From: an uncultured Acidobacteriota bacterium
Lineage (GTDB): Bacteria; Acidobacteriota; Thermoanaerobaculia; UBA5066; DATFVB01
Length of the DNA: 64,000 nt
Direction: 5' to 3'
Assembly (NCBI GenBank): GCA_963813155.1
Contig: CAWEYG010000001.1
Coordinates: forward strand, 672,001-736,000
The number at the start of each line of letters is the position of its first letter. The stretch's first letter is position 1. Made by a program: the position numbers and the translations under genes. Under the pieces are notes generated by a model that was given only the letters and a program-made list of their open reading frames with translations, ran no database searches and was not told the DNA's origin. Below, piece after piece: positions 41,020-50,638 of the stretch.

Positions 41020-42045
41020 TCAGCGATCGCCGAGAATCGAGCGATCTTGATCGATCGCGGCCTGCAGCTCCCGGGGGGACACCGTCGCCGTTCCCATCTT
41101 CATCACGACGAGCCCTCCGGCGAAGTTCGAGAGCAGCGCCGCCTCGGGATAAGAAGCTCCCGCGGCGCGGGCCAGAGCGAACGTCGCGATGACCGTGTCC
41201 CCCGCCCCGGTGACGTCGGCGACCTGGTCGGTCCCGAACACCGGAAGCGAAAGCGTCGGAGCGTCGGGCTCGAAAAGCGCCATTCCTTTGCTTCCGCGCG
41301 TGACGAGAAGGGCCGGAACGGCGAGCTTGCCGAGCACCGTCCGCGCGGCGCGCTCGAACGTCCCCTCGTCGTCGTCGATCGGCCCCGCCCAGGCCCGCTC
41401 GAGCTCTTCTTCGTTCGGGGTCGCGGCGTCGGCGCCCGCGTATTCGAGAAGCCGATAGCGCGAATCGACGAGAACCGAAAGGCCCTGCCGGGCGCTTCGG
41501 CCGGCCGCAATCCAGTCCGGCCGGCTGTTGCCGTAGCCGTAGTCGCACAGGACGAGGACCGGCGACGCCGCGGCGGCCCGGCCAACCCTTTCGGCGAGCG
41601 CGCGAAAGATCGGCTCGCCCGGAGGCAGCGGTCCTTCGCGGTCGATCCGGACGACTTGCTGCTTGATCGAGTGCGCGCTGCCGCCGAGGATCCGGGTCTT
41701 CGTCGGAGTGGGATAGCCGTCGACTCGAAGCAGCAGCGACGTGTCGACGCCGGCCGTCTCGAAAAGGCGAACGAGGATGTCCCCCTCCGGGTCGTTGCCG
41801 ACGGCGCCGGCCGGCAGCGGAGTTCCGCCGAGGGAAGCGATGTTGGCGACGGTGTTTGCGCCGCCGCCGAGGACGTTTTCCTCCCGCGTGTACCGGAGGA
41901 TGAGCACCGGCGCCTCGCGCGAAATCCGCTTCGGAAGCCCGAGGACGAACCGGTCGAGCACGAAGTCGCCCGCGACCGCGACCCGGGTCCCCGCGAAGCG
42001 ATCCACGAGCTCGCGGAGCCGGGTTCGGATGGGCGGTGAGCTCAC
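41020..42045 (-). CDS. rfaE1: heptose 7-phosphate kinase (RfaE domain I/HldA)
   Basis: [29 protein letters not shown]. Confidence 0.9.
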   Translation of the reverse strand: MSSPPIRTRLRELVDRFAGTRVAVAGDFVLDRFVLGLPKRISREAPVLILRYTREENVLGGGANTVANIASLGGTPLPAGAVGNDPEGDILVRLFETAGVDTSLLLRVDGYPTPTKTRILGGSAHSIKQQVVRIDREGPLPPGEPIFRALAERVGRAAAASPVLVLCDYGYGNSRPDWIAAGRSARQGLSVLVDSRYRLLEYAGADAATPNEEELERAWAGPIDDDEGTFERAARTVLGKLAVPALLVTRGSKGMALFEPDAPTLSLPVFGTDQVADVTGAGDTVIATFALARAAGASYPEAALLSNFAGGLVVMKMGTATVSPRELQAAIDQDRSILGDR

Positions 42046-42098
42046 CGGCGGATCTTATCAATTCGAGATCGAACGCCCTGCTGTTAGAATGGGCCGGC

Positions 42099-42683
42099 AT
42101 GCTCGATTCGGAGGTCCTGGTCCTCAATCGGGTCTTTCAGGCCCTGCGCGTGACGAGCGCGCGACACGCCCTGTCGCTGTTTTACAAGGGGCACGCCAAG
42201 GCCGTCCTGCCCGACTATTCGACGTACGAGTGGGACAACTGGTGCGACATTCCGGCCCAGCCGAAAGACGACGTCGTCCTCACGCCGTCGCGGGCGATTC
42301 TCGTGCCCCGCGTCATCCTCCTGAAGAACTACGACCGGCTGCCGCGGCGAGAAGTGAAATTCTCCCGCCACAACATCTATCTTCGCGACGAAAACCGCTG
42401 CCAGTACTGCGGCGCGAAATTCACCTCCTCCGAGCTGTCGCTCGACCACGTCCTGCCGCTGTCGCGCGGAGGGGTCTCGTCCTGGGAAAACATCGTTTGC
42501 GCCTGCCTTTCCTGCAACGTGAAGAAAGGCAATCGAACCCCGACGGAGGCCGGCCTGAAACTCATCGCGACTCCGCAGCGCCCGCGCTGGAACCCGGTCG
42601 GCCAGTTCACGCGCTCCCGCTGGCACGCATCCTGGAAGAACTTTCTCGACGTGGCGTACTGGAACGTCGAGCTGAGCGACTGA
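42099..42683 (+). CDS. HNH endonuclease (McrA-like, HNH_5)
   Basis: [42 protein letters not shown]. Confidence 0.9.
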   Translation: MLDSEVLVLNRVFQALRVTSARHALSLFYKGHAKAVLPDYSTYEWDNWCDIPAQPKDDVVLTPSRAILVPRVILLKNYDRLPRREVKFSRHNIYLRDENRCQYCGAKFTSSELSLDHVLPLSRGGVSSWENIVCACLSCNVKKGNRTPTEAGLKLIATPQRPRWNPVGQFTRSRWHASWKNFLDVAYWNVELSD

Positions 42684-42921
42684 GCTTCCCGAGGCCGGCA
42701 AAAACGACCATTTCGTGCACTGAATCCACCAAATTGTTGATTTCTGCTCTCCTGCCTGTGCTCCGGGGAAGTGGCGAATTCATGTTAAACAGCACAAAAA
42801 ACAAGACTTAGATCCAGAAGACGGGTTTCGGGACTCTTGGCTCGAAGTTTTCAATGCATGAGGGCGAGGTCAATACTGTCTCCCACCTCATTAACCCAAC
42901 GGGAGACCCAGGAGGTTTACC

Positions 42922-43170
42922 TTGAAGAAACTCATTGCTCTCGCCGCCGCCGGAATCCTCAGCCTCTCGATCGCTGCCTTCGCCGATGAAGCTGCGAAGA
43001 CCGACGCGAAGTCCACCGAGACGACGTCGACCGAGATGAAGAAGGACGACGGCTCCATGAAGAAGACCACGAAGAAGCACACCATGAAGAAGAAGTCCTC
43101 CAAGAAGGGCTCTTCCAAGACCGAAGAGACCAAGTCCACCACGTCGGAAACCCCCGCGAAAACCAACTGA
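42922..43170 (+). CDS. small secreted Lys/Thr/Ser-rich low-complexity protein
   Basis: AGGAGG RBS, TTG start, Sec signal (AFA), own terminator. Confidence 0.8.
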   Translation: MKKLIALAAAGILSLSIAAFADEAAKTDAKSTETTSTEMKKDDGSMKKTTKKHTMKKKSSKKGSSKTEETKSTTSETPAKTN

Positions 43171-43199
43171 TCCGTTCCGGCAAACGGTGAGTGCTTCTG

Positions 43200-43226
43200 G
43201 GGCCCCGATTTCGGGGCCCTTTTTTT
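43200..43226 (+). terminator. intrinsic terminator
   Basis: GGGCCCCG-ATTT-CGGGGCCC followed by T7. Confidence 0.85.
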
Positions 43227-43244
43227 GTCTGTTTCGCTCCAAAA

Positions 43245-44229
43245 CTAGAGAAGCTGCCGGACGGCGGCGAGAGCCGCTTCGACCGTGATCTCCTCCATGC
43301 ACTCGTGCCGGTACGGGCAGACCTTGAGGTAGCAGGGAGAACAGAAAACGTAGCGGTCGAGCACTCGAACCCGGGCCCCCTGGGGGGCCGTGCGTCCGGG
43401 GTCGGTCGGACCGAAGAAGACGAGCGCGGGCGTTCCGACCGCGGCCGCCAGGTGCGCGGGCCCGGAGTCGTTTCCGACGAGCAGGCGGCCCGCCGCGAGA
43501 AGGCCGGCGAGCTGCGCGGTGTCGAGATCCGATCCCATCACGGGAATCCGGTGCCGGGCGCGGCGGGCGATGAGCCGGCCCAGCTCGACCTCGTCGGGTC
43601 CCACCGTCAGCGCGACCTTGTTTCCCTCGTCCATCAGCGCGTCGGCCAGCAGCGCGAAACGCTCCGCCGGCCATCGCTTCGTGTCTCCAAAAGCGGCGCC
43701 CGGCGACAGGAAGATCGGGCGGGCGTCCTCCGTCAGCCGGTACGATTCGAGGGAATCCGCCGCCTGTCGGGCGGCTTCGGGAGAGACCTCGAGCCGCGGC
43801 GGATCCGTGTCGGGCACGATCCCCGCCTCGCGCGAGAAGCCGGTCGTAATCGCGGACCTGGTGGCTCGTCGCGGGGGGTTTTTGCGGCGAGCTCGTGAGG
43901 AGAAGACGCCGCCGGTCGGTCGCGTACCCGAATCGCTTCGGGGCGCCCGCGAGAAAAGCGAAAAGCGCGGAACGAAACGAATTCGGAAGGACCCAGATCT
44001 CTTCGCTCCGCAGGCGCCTCGCCCGCCGGACGTCCCGGAGGAACGCGGTTCCTCCGCGGGACGCGACGAGCACGTCGGCAAGCCCCGTCATCTTCCAGAC
44101 GGGAGCCGCCGAGGCGCGGGCGAACACCGCGAGGCTCCCCGCCGGATCGCTGCGCTTCAGCGCCCGAAGGAACGGAATCGCCATGACGCAGTCTCCGACC
44201 CAGTTCGGGGCGACGACGAGCCGCCTCAC
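43245..44229 (-). CDS. waaF: LPS heptosyltransferase II (GT9); frameshift at ~43830
   Basis: APNWVGDCVMA, PNSFRSA; PGAAFGDTKRWP, NDSGPAHLA, FGPT in another frame. Confidence 0.85.
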
Positions 44230-45122
44230 GCTCCCTCCGCGGGAGGCCGCGTCCTCCAACGGTTGTGCATCCAGAGCCAGAGGTGCGGTTCGGCCCGAAC
44301 GACCTTCTCGGTCACGTTCGTGTACAGGGCGGTGAGCGACTCGACGGTGCGATCTTCCTGTCGCAGATCGGCCAGCACGATCGGTTTCTCGAAACCGAGC
44401 CGGTAGCGGCCGTCGCCGAGCGGCCGGCAGAAAACCGGGACCACGGCAGCGTCCGTCTTGAGTTGAAAGAGCGCGAGAGCGGGCGAGGTGGCGGCCGGGC
44501 GGCCGAAGAACGGGACGAAAACCGCTTCCCGGGCCAGGACGTTCTGGTCGATCAGGATCGCGACCGTCTCGCCGTCGCGGATTTCCCGCAGGATCTCGCG
44601 AGCGGCCCGCTTCTTCGCGATCGTCCGGTTGTCGAACTTTCCGCGCAGCGCCTCGAGCTCGGCTTCCAGATACGGGTTGTCGAGCGGGCGCACGACCGAG
44701 GCGATCGGTCTCGCGAGCAGTCCTGCCGCGAGGGCGCCGATCTCCCAGTTGCCGAAGTGCGCCGACAGGAGGAAGACTCCCTTCCCCCGCCGGACCGACG
44801 ACCGGTAGTGCTCGTCCCCGGACATCTCCACGACCGCGAGCAGCTGTTCCCGGGAAAGACGGGTCGCCGCGAGGAAATCGAACAGGACGGTCCCGAAGCT
44901 CTCGGCGCACTTCACCGCGGTCGTCTCGACGCGTTCCGCGCTCCAGTCGGGAAAAGCGCGAGCGAGGTTGCGGAGCGCGATTTCCCGGCGGCTCTTTCCG
45001 ACGCGGAAATAGGAGCGCGCCGCGAATCGTCCCAGCGCGCCGCGCTCCCGCTCGGAAAGCAGGGAGAGCAGGCCCATCGTCCCGCGGACCGCCCCGCTCT
45101 CGATCCGGTGTCTAAACGACAT
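44226..45122 (-). CDS. lpxL: lipid A secondary acyltransferase (LpxL/HtrB family)
   Basis: HFGNWE, LIDQ, PFFG, WLWMHNRW. Confidence 0.88.
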   Translation of the reverse strand: MSFRHRIESGAVRGTMGLLSLLSERERGALGRFAARSYFRVGKSRREIALRNLARAFPDWSAERVETTAVKCAESFGTVLFDFLAATRLSREQLLAVVEMSGDEHYRSSVRRGKGVFLLSAHFGNWEIGALAAGLLARPIASVVRPLDNPYLEAELEALRGKFDNRTIAKKRAAREILREIRDGETVAILIDQNVLAREAVFVPFFGRPAATSPALALFQLKTDAAVVPVFCRPLGDGRYRLGFEKPIVLADLRQEDRTVESLTALYTNVTEKVVRAEPHLWLWMHNRWRTRPPAEGA

Positions 45123-46110
45123 GTCCCCGCTCCGAGAGGACCGCCCGAACGCAGCCGAGCAGGCCCGGCTCGCGGAATTCCGGCTCCACTCTCGCGGCAA
45201 CGGCGCGAAGGCGCGACCGGCCGGCGAGCTTGACGAGGTCTTTTTCGGTCGTCAGCAGCAGCGGCGCCCCCGCGTTCCGCGCGGTCCGCTCGATTCGGCG
45301 CAGGTCCGAGCTCGAATAGAAATGGTGATCGCGAAACGGGAGAAAGACCGCCGGGTCGGCCCCGGCATCGCGAATCGTTCGCAGGAAGCGCCCCGGAAAG
45401 GCGATGGACGCGACCGCGATCGATCGCGTCGCGACGACGTCTTCCCCGGCCACCGATTCTCCCTGCTCGTCGAACCAGCCGGTGAAACGGGCCCCGAAAT
45501 GAAAAACCGGAGCGCGCGGATTCACGCGGCCCAGGAGAGCCTCGGCTCCGCCCCCTTCCGGCGACGCGCCGCCGGTGAGCACGAAGAGATCCGCTCTCGA
45601 CAGCGCCGAAACCGGCTCGCGCGACCGTCCGAAGGGGGGAAGGCCGCCGCCGAGAGGGTCGACGCGATCGAGCAGGACGATGTCGAGGTCCCGGCGGATC
45701 GCGAGGTGCTGAAACGCGTCATCGAGGAGGAGCAGGTCCGCTCCGAGAGCCGCGGCCTTCGTCGCGCCCTCGACGCGACGCTCGGAGACGACGACGATCG
45801 CTCCCGGAATCCGCCGGGCCAGAAGAGTCGGTTCGTCCCCCGCCTCCTCGACCCCGAGGCGAAGCGAAACGCCGTCGGACACGACTCGCAGACCGCGTGA
45901 GCGGCGCCCGTAGCCGCGCGAAACGATTCCCACTTTCCTGCCCGATTCCACGAGCTGCTGCGCGAGCCACAGGGTGAACGGCGTTTTTCCCGTCCCGCCC
46001 CACGTCAGGTTGCCGATCGAGATCGCCGGAACGGGGGCGCGCGACGAGCGGAGCCAGCCCGATTCGTAGGAGCGCCGCCGAAGGGAAAGCAGAGCCCCGA
46101 ACGGGCTCAC
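45112..46110 (-). CDS. lpxK: tetraacyldisaccharide 4'-kinase
   Basis: IGNLTWGGTGKTP, SRGYG, GDEP, LDDAFQH, TTEKD. Confidence 0.93.
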   Translation of the reverse strand: MSPFGALLSLRRRSYESGWLRSSRAPVPAISIGNLTWGGTGKTPFTLWLAQQLVESGRKVGIVSRGYGRRSRGLRVVSDGVSLRLGVEEAGDEPTLLARRIPGAIVVVSERRVEGATKAAALGADLLLLDDAFQHLAIRRDLDIVLLDRVDPLGGGLPPFGRSREPVSALSRADLFVLTGGASPEGGGAEALLGRVNPRAPVFHFGARFTGWFDEQGESVAGEDVVATRSIAVASIAFPGRFLRTIRDAGADPAVFLPFRDHHFYSSSDLRRIERTARNAGAPLLLTTEKDLVKLAGRSRLRAVAARVEPEFREPGLLGCVRAVLSERGHVV

Positions 46111-47342
46111 GCGGTTTTCCGAAGGGGGAGAACGGCGTCGGCGGCGGCTCGGGCGGCACCGCGGTTGTTCTCGACGAGGGCCCGGGCATTCGAGGCCCTC
46201 GTCCCGGGCGAAGCCTCGCCGAGGAGCCGGCCCATCGCCGAAGCGAGCTCGCGGGAGTCGCGCACCGTCACCGCGGCGCGGCCGGCGACGCCGACTCGCA
46301 CGATTTCCCGAAAGTTCCGGGTGTAGGGCCCGAGGATCGTCGGAATCCCGTGGGCCCACGCCTCGATCGGATTGTGGCCTCCCACCGGCACGAGGGTTCC
46401 GCCGATGAAGGCGACGTCCGCCGCCGCGTAGGCCGAGGCGAGGTCGCCGACGGTGTCGAGCACGACGACGTCGGGATTCGTCCTTCCCCCGGTGGACCGT
46501 CCGACCGCGAACCCCTGCGCAACGAAAAGATCGAAGACGGCGTCGAATCGCTCGGGGCGCCGCGGAGCGACGACCAGAAGGGGACGCGGCTCGAGCGATT
46601 TCCAGGCTTCGAGAACCGGGAGCTCCTCGCCCTCGTGCGTCGAACCCGCGATGACGACGCGGCGGCCCGCCGCCCACGCGCGCACCCGCTCCGCGACGCG
46701 CGAATCGTCGGCGATCCGGACGTCGAATTTCACGTTTCCGGTCACGAGAACCCTTTCCGGAGGAGCCCCGAGGTCCCGGATCTTCCGCGCGTCGTCTTCC
46801 GACTGCATCGCGAACAGCGTGATGCGCCGGAGACTCCCCCGGAGCAGTCCCCGGACCGCCCGGTAACGCGAGTACGAACGGTCGGAAATGCGGCCGTTGA
46901 CGAGAGCGACCGGAATCCCCCGCCGCGCGCAGCTCTCCAGCAGAAGAGGCCAGATCTCCGTTTCCGTGAGCAGGAGGAGGCACGGATCGAGCGCGGAGAG
47001 CGACCGCTCGACGGGGCCGCGGAGGTCGAACGGAAACGGCACGACATGATCGGCTTCCCGCGAGGCCCGGGCGAGCTCGAGCCCCGCGGCCGTCGAGGCG
47101 GAGAGAACGAGCGGCCTCCGCACGCCCGCCTCCCGGATCGCGTGCAGGATCGAGTTCGCCGCGCCGACCTCCCCGACCGAAACGGCATGGATCCAGATCG
47201 AGCCGCGGGCCCTCGGGAGCGTTCCCCGCCCCAGGCGCCCCCTCCAGTCCCCGACGCGTTTTCCGCCCGCCGCCTGCCGCAGGAGGGCGAACGGAGCGTA
47301 CAGCGCGAGGGCGATCCCGAACAAAAGCCGGTAAAAGATCAC
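46107..47342 (-). CDS. waaA: Kdo transferase
   Basis: WIHAVSVGEV, ETEIWP, NGRIS, TGNVKFD, GSTHEGEE, GGHNPIE. Confidence 0.94.
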   Translation of the reverse strand: MIFYRLLFGIALALYAPFALLRQAAGGKRVGDWRGRLGRGTLPRARGSIWIHAVSVGEVGAANSILHAIREAGVRRPLVLSASTAAGLELARASREADHVVPFPFDLRGPVERSLSALDPCLLLLTETEIWPLLLESCARRGIPVALVNGRISDRSYSRYRAVRGLLRGSLRRITLFAMQSEDDARKIRDLGAPPERVLVTGNVKFDVRIADDSRVAERVRAWAAGRRVVIAGSTHEGEELPVLEAWKSLEPRPLLVVAPRRPERFDAVFDLFVAQGFAVGRSTGGRTNPDVVVLDTVGDLASAYAAADVAFIGGTLVPVGGHNPIEAWAHGIPTILGPYTRNFREIVRVGVAGRAAVTVRDSRELASAMGRLLGEASPGTRASNARALVENNRGAARAAADAVLPLRKTA

Positions 47343-47488
47343 TTCGCCGCGATTATACGCAGACCGGGCCGGAAAGAGGCTTGAGCCGGCCGCGGCAACG
47401 ATGAGACAATACAAGAGCTTAGGTTCGGGATTCGGGGTCCCAACGATTCGCGGCCGGACTCCGTAAGACGGGAAGTAAGGTAATAAGC

Positions 47489-48115
47489 TTGGAACTCGTA
47501 TACAGCCGTCAGCGTGAAGAAAAGAAAGCCGTCGAGGCCGACGACCGGGAGCTCGCCCTCCGGGCCCGCGCCGGGGATTCGGTCGCTTTCGAAACGCTCG
47601 TCGTGCGCAAGACCCCGGCCGTCGTGTCGGTCGCTCGCCGCATCATCGGGGACGCGGAGGAGGCCCGCGACGTCGCGCAGCTCGTCTTCCTTCGGGTGTG
47701 GGATTCCCTGGGCCGGTACGACGAGAAGTATTCGTTCAACACGTGGCTCTACAAAATCGCGACGAACCTGTCGATCGACTTCCTTCGGGCCAACCGGAGC
47801 CGGGAAAAGGCTCACGGAGCCACGCTGCACCTGGTTCGCCGGCGCGAGGCCTCGATCGAGGACGAGGCGACCCTTTCGCTCGAAGCCTCGCAGGTCGCCC
47901 GGCTGTTCGAGACCGTCTCGAGCGGTCTTACCGAAAAGCAGAAGGCCGCGTTCGTGCTTCGTGAGCTCGAAGATCTCGATTCGAGCGAAGTTGCGGCAGC
48001 GCTCGGCTGCCGGGAATCGACGGTCCGAAATCACCTGTTCAATGCGCGAAAAGCGCTGCAGAAACGCCTCCGCAAGGATTTCCCGTCGCTTCTGACCCGC
48101 TGGAGGCGAAAATGA
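47489..48115 (+). CDS. ECF sigma factor
   Basis: EARDVAQLVFLRVW, FNTWLYKIATN, STVRNHLFNARK. Confidence 0.9.
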   Translation: MELVYSRQREEKKAVEADDRELALRARAGDSVAFETLVVRKTPAVVSVARRIIGDAEEARDVAQLVFLRVWDSLGRYDEKYSFNTWLYKIATNLSIDFLRANRSREKAHGATLHLVRRREASIEDEATLSLEASQVARLFETVSSGLTEKQKAAFVLRELEDLDSSEVAAALGCRESTVRNHLFNARKALQKRLRKDFPSLLTRWRRK

Positions 48116-48672
48116 GCTCGCCCTGCCTCGACGAGCTGCGGATGGATTCTTTCCTCTCCGATTCGCTCGGGCGCGCGGACCGCGCGGCCGTGACCGACCA
48201 CCTGCGATTCTGCGCCGACTGTCGCCTCCGCGCCCTCGAGAGCGACCCCTCGGCCGTCTTCCGCCTGGCGGCCCCCCCGGAGCCTTCCGTCTCCGAAGAC
48301 GAGACGCGCCGGATCCTGGAAAACGTGCGCGTCGCAATCGCGATTCGCGAGGCCTCGCGCAAGATCGAGCGCCCTCCGGCGGGCGGGCTGGGAATGCGAC
48401 GGACGGCCGCCGCGCTCGCCGCGGCCGCCCTGCTTTCGCTCACGGCCTCCTCGCCGATGTCCCGAACGTCCCGGCGGAACGCCTCGCCGGCGCGCGAATC
48501 GTCCCCGCGGGAGGCTTCGGCTCCGTCCGCGTTCGCCCGCGCCGCGGCTTCCGAGCGGTCCGACGACGCGCTCGCGCCCGCCACCGCGACGGTGTACGAG
48601 TGGAACCCCGGCGCGAATTCTCCGGACGACCCGAAGATCGTCTGGATCGTCGATCGCTCCCTCGATCTCTGA
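48112..48672 (+). CDS. zinc-finger anti-sigma factor
   Basis: HLRFCADC (HxxxCxxC), TM segment, ATGA overlap with sigma. Confidence 0.75.
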   Translation: MSSPCLDELRMDSFLSDSLGRADRAAVTDHLRFCADCRLRALESDPSAVFRLAAPPEPSVSEDETRRILENVRVAIAIREASRKIERPPAGGLGMRRTAAALAAAALLSLTASSPMSRTSRRNASPARESSPREASAPSAFARAAASERSDDALAPATATVYEWNPGANSPDDPKIVWIVDRSLDL

Positions 48673-48673
48673 G

Positions 48674-49429
48674 ATGAGACTCCGGGCCTTTTTCCGCGCG
48701 GCGGCCGTCGCCGGCCTCCTCATTGTTCTCGGAGATTTTGCCGCTCTCGCCCGCGCCGCCGACCCGGTCGGCGTCAAGGTGTTCGTGCTCAAATACAAGA
48801 GAATCGAAGAGGCGACGCTGATCGTCCGTCCCCTCCTGTCCGATTCGGGCTCGATCGTGCTCACCTCGAAGATCAACGCGCTGACGATCACGGATCGGCC
48901 CTCGGCCCTGAACCTGATCTCGCAGGCGCTCTCCCAGTTCGACGTTCCCCCGCAGGGGTACTCGATCGCCGTGAAGTTGATCCGGGCGCGCGCGGACGCT
49001 CCCGCGGGGGACCTTTCGCGGGAAATCGGCGGAATCGGCAACAAGCTCCGGGAGGTCTTTCGGTTCAACGACTACTCGCTGATCGATTCCACCGTGCTGG
49101 GAGGGTCCGAGGGCGAAAGCGTTTCGTCCCTGCTCGGGAACGAATATCGCCTCGGGTTCCGGATCGAACCCGCGGGTCAGGCGCCGCTCATTCGGCTCGC
49201 CCGCTTCACGCTCTCGAGGGAGAGGGCCTTTCCGGGCGGCCGCAAGTTCGCCATCCCCGTCTACCGGACGACGATCACGGCCGGCCTCAATCAGACGATG
49301 GTCGTCGGCGCCTCGCGGGAGAGGGCGTCCAACAAGGCGCTGATCCTGATCCTGCTCGTCCAGGAGGCGCCGCGCCCGAACGCGGAGAAGGGCCTTTCGG
49401 GAGTCAATTCCGCAGAGGTGGGTCACTGA
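48674..49429 (+). CDS. exported protein with a secretin N (NolW-like) domain
   Basis: Signal peptide; VKVFVLKY...LLSDSGSIV...NALTITD...SQFDVPP resembles the secretin N repeat. Confidence 0.6.
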   Translation: MRLRAFFRAAAVAGLLIVLGDFAALARAADPVGVKVFVLKYKRIEEATLIVRPLLSDSGSIVLTSKINALTITDRPSALNLISQALSQFDVPPQGYSIAVKLIRARADAPAGDLSREIGGIGNKLREVFRFNDYSLIDSTVLGGSEGESVSSLLGNEYRLGFRIEPAGQAPLIRLARFTLSRERAFPGGRKFAIPVYRTTITAGLNQTMVVGASRERASNKALILILLVQEAPRPNAEKGLSGVNSAEVGH

Positions 49430-50631
49430 TGCCCGAGTTCGTCGTGAGACTCGGCTGGCCGGACGGCGCCGTCGCGGAAGAGTCGATCACCTCGCCCACC
49501 GGCGCCGCCGCGAGGCTCGAGTTCGAGCGCCGGGGAGCGCACGTCTTCGAGCTCCGCGAAAAGTCCCCCGCTCTGGCGCTGCGCCGCCGGCGCCGGATCC
49601 GAATGGCGGCGTTCCTCGTCTTCAACCAGGAGCTCGTCGCGCTGCTGAAGGCCGGCCTTCCGATCCTCCGCTCGATCGAGCTCCTTCTCGAACGGCAACA
49701 GAACCCGGTCTGGAAGGAAGTGCTCGGCGACGTGCGGGACCGAATCACCTCGGGCGCGGCGCTCTCGGACGCGTTCGCCGCGCAGGAAAACCTGTTCCCC
49801 CGCCTCTACGCGACATCGCTCAAAGCGGGAGAAAAGGCCGGGGAGATCGAGCCCGTCCTTCGGCGCTACCTGAAGTACCAGAAGACGATCGTCGCGCTCC
49901 AGCGAAAGGTCGTGAGCACGCTCGTGTATCCGGCGGTGCTGGTGGCCGTGTCGATCGGCTTGATCGCGATCCTCATGACCTTCGTGATTCCCCGGTTCAC
50001 CGAATTCTTCGGCGAGCTCGGTGGAAACCTCCCGCTGCTCACCCAGATCGTGATCGGGACCGCCTCGGCAATCCGAAACCACATCATCCCGATCGTCGTC
50101 GTCATCGCGGCCGCCGTTTTCGGGGCGAACCGCTTCGCCGCGACCGACCGGGGCCGCCAGTTTTTCGATGCGCAGCTGCTGCGGCTGCCGTTCGTCGGGG
50201 GAATCTTCCGGCGCTTTTCGATCGCCCAGTTCACGCGCTCCCTCGCGACCCTCCTTTCCGGGGGCACGCCGCTCGTTCCCTCCCTGGAAATCGCCTCGGA
50301 AGCGGTGGGAAACCGCTACGTGTCCCGCAAGATCCAGATGATCGTCCCGCGCGTTCGCGAAGGCGGAGAACTGTGGCGCGCGCTCGAGAACACGGGAATG
50401 ATGACGAACCTGACGATCGAGATGGTCAAGGTCGGCGAGTCCTCGGGCGCGCTCGAGGAGATGCTCAACTCGGCCTCCGAGTTCTACGACGAGGAGATCG
50501 ACGCCCTGCTCGCGCGGGTGGTATCGTTCGTCGAACCCGCGATTTTGATCGTGATGGGCGCGGTCATTGCAACGATCCTGCTTGCCGTGTACCTGCCGCT
50601 CTTCACGATTCTTTCGAATATCAAGGGATAG
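49429..50631 (+). CDS. type II secretion/T4P platform protein (GspF/PilC family)
   Basis: FNQELVALLKAGLP, AGEKAG, LVYP, VGESSG, YLPLF. Confidence 0.92.
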   Translation: MPEFVVRLGWPDGAVAEESITSPTGAAARLEFERRGAHVFELREKSPALALRRRRRIRMAAFLVFNQELVALLKAGLPILRSIELLLERQQNPVWKEVLGDVRDRITSGAALSDAFAAQENLFPRLYATSLKAGEKAGEIEPVLRRYLKYQKTIVALQRKVVSTLVYPAVLVAVSIGLIAILMTFVIPRFTEFFGELGGNLPLLTQIVIGTASAIRNHIIPIVVVIAAAVFGANRFAATDRGRQFFDAQLLRLPFVGGIFRRFSIAQFTRSLATLLSGGTPLVPSLEIASEAVGNRYVSRKIQMIVPRVREGGELWRALENTGMMTNLTIEMVKVGESSGALEEMLNSASEFYDEEIDALLARVVSFVEPAILIVMGAVIATILLAVYLPLFTILSNIKG

Positions 50632-50638
50632 GAGACCA

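Noticed and set aside
42836-42856. Sigma54 promoter before the small secreted protein
   Set aside because: TGGC is present but the -12 position reads TC, not GC
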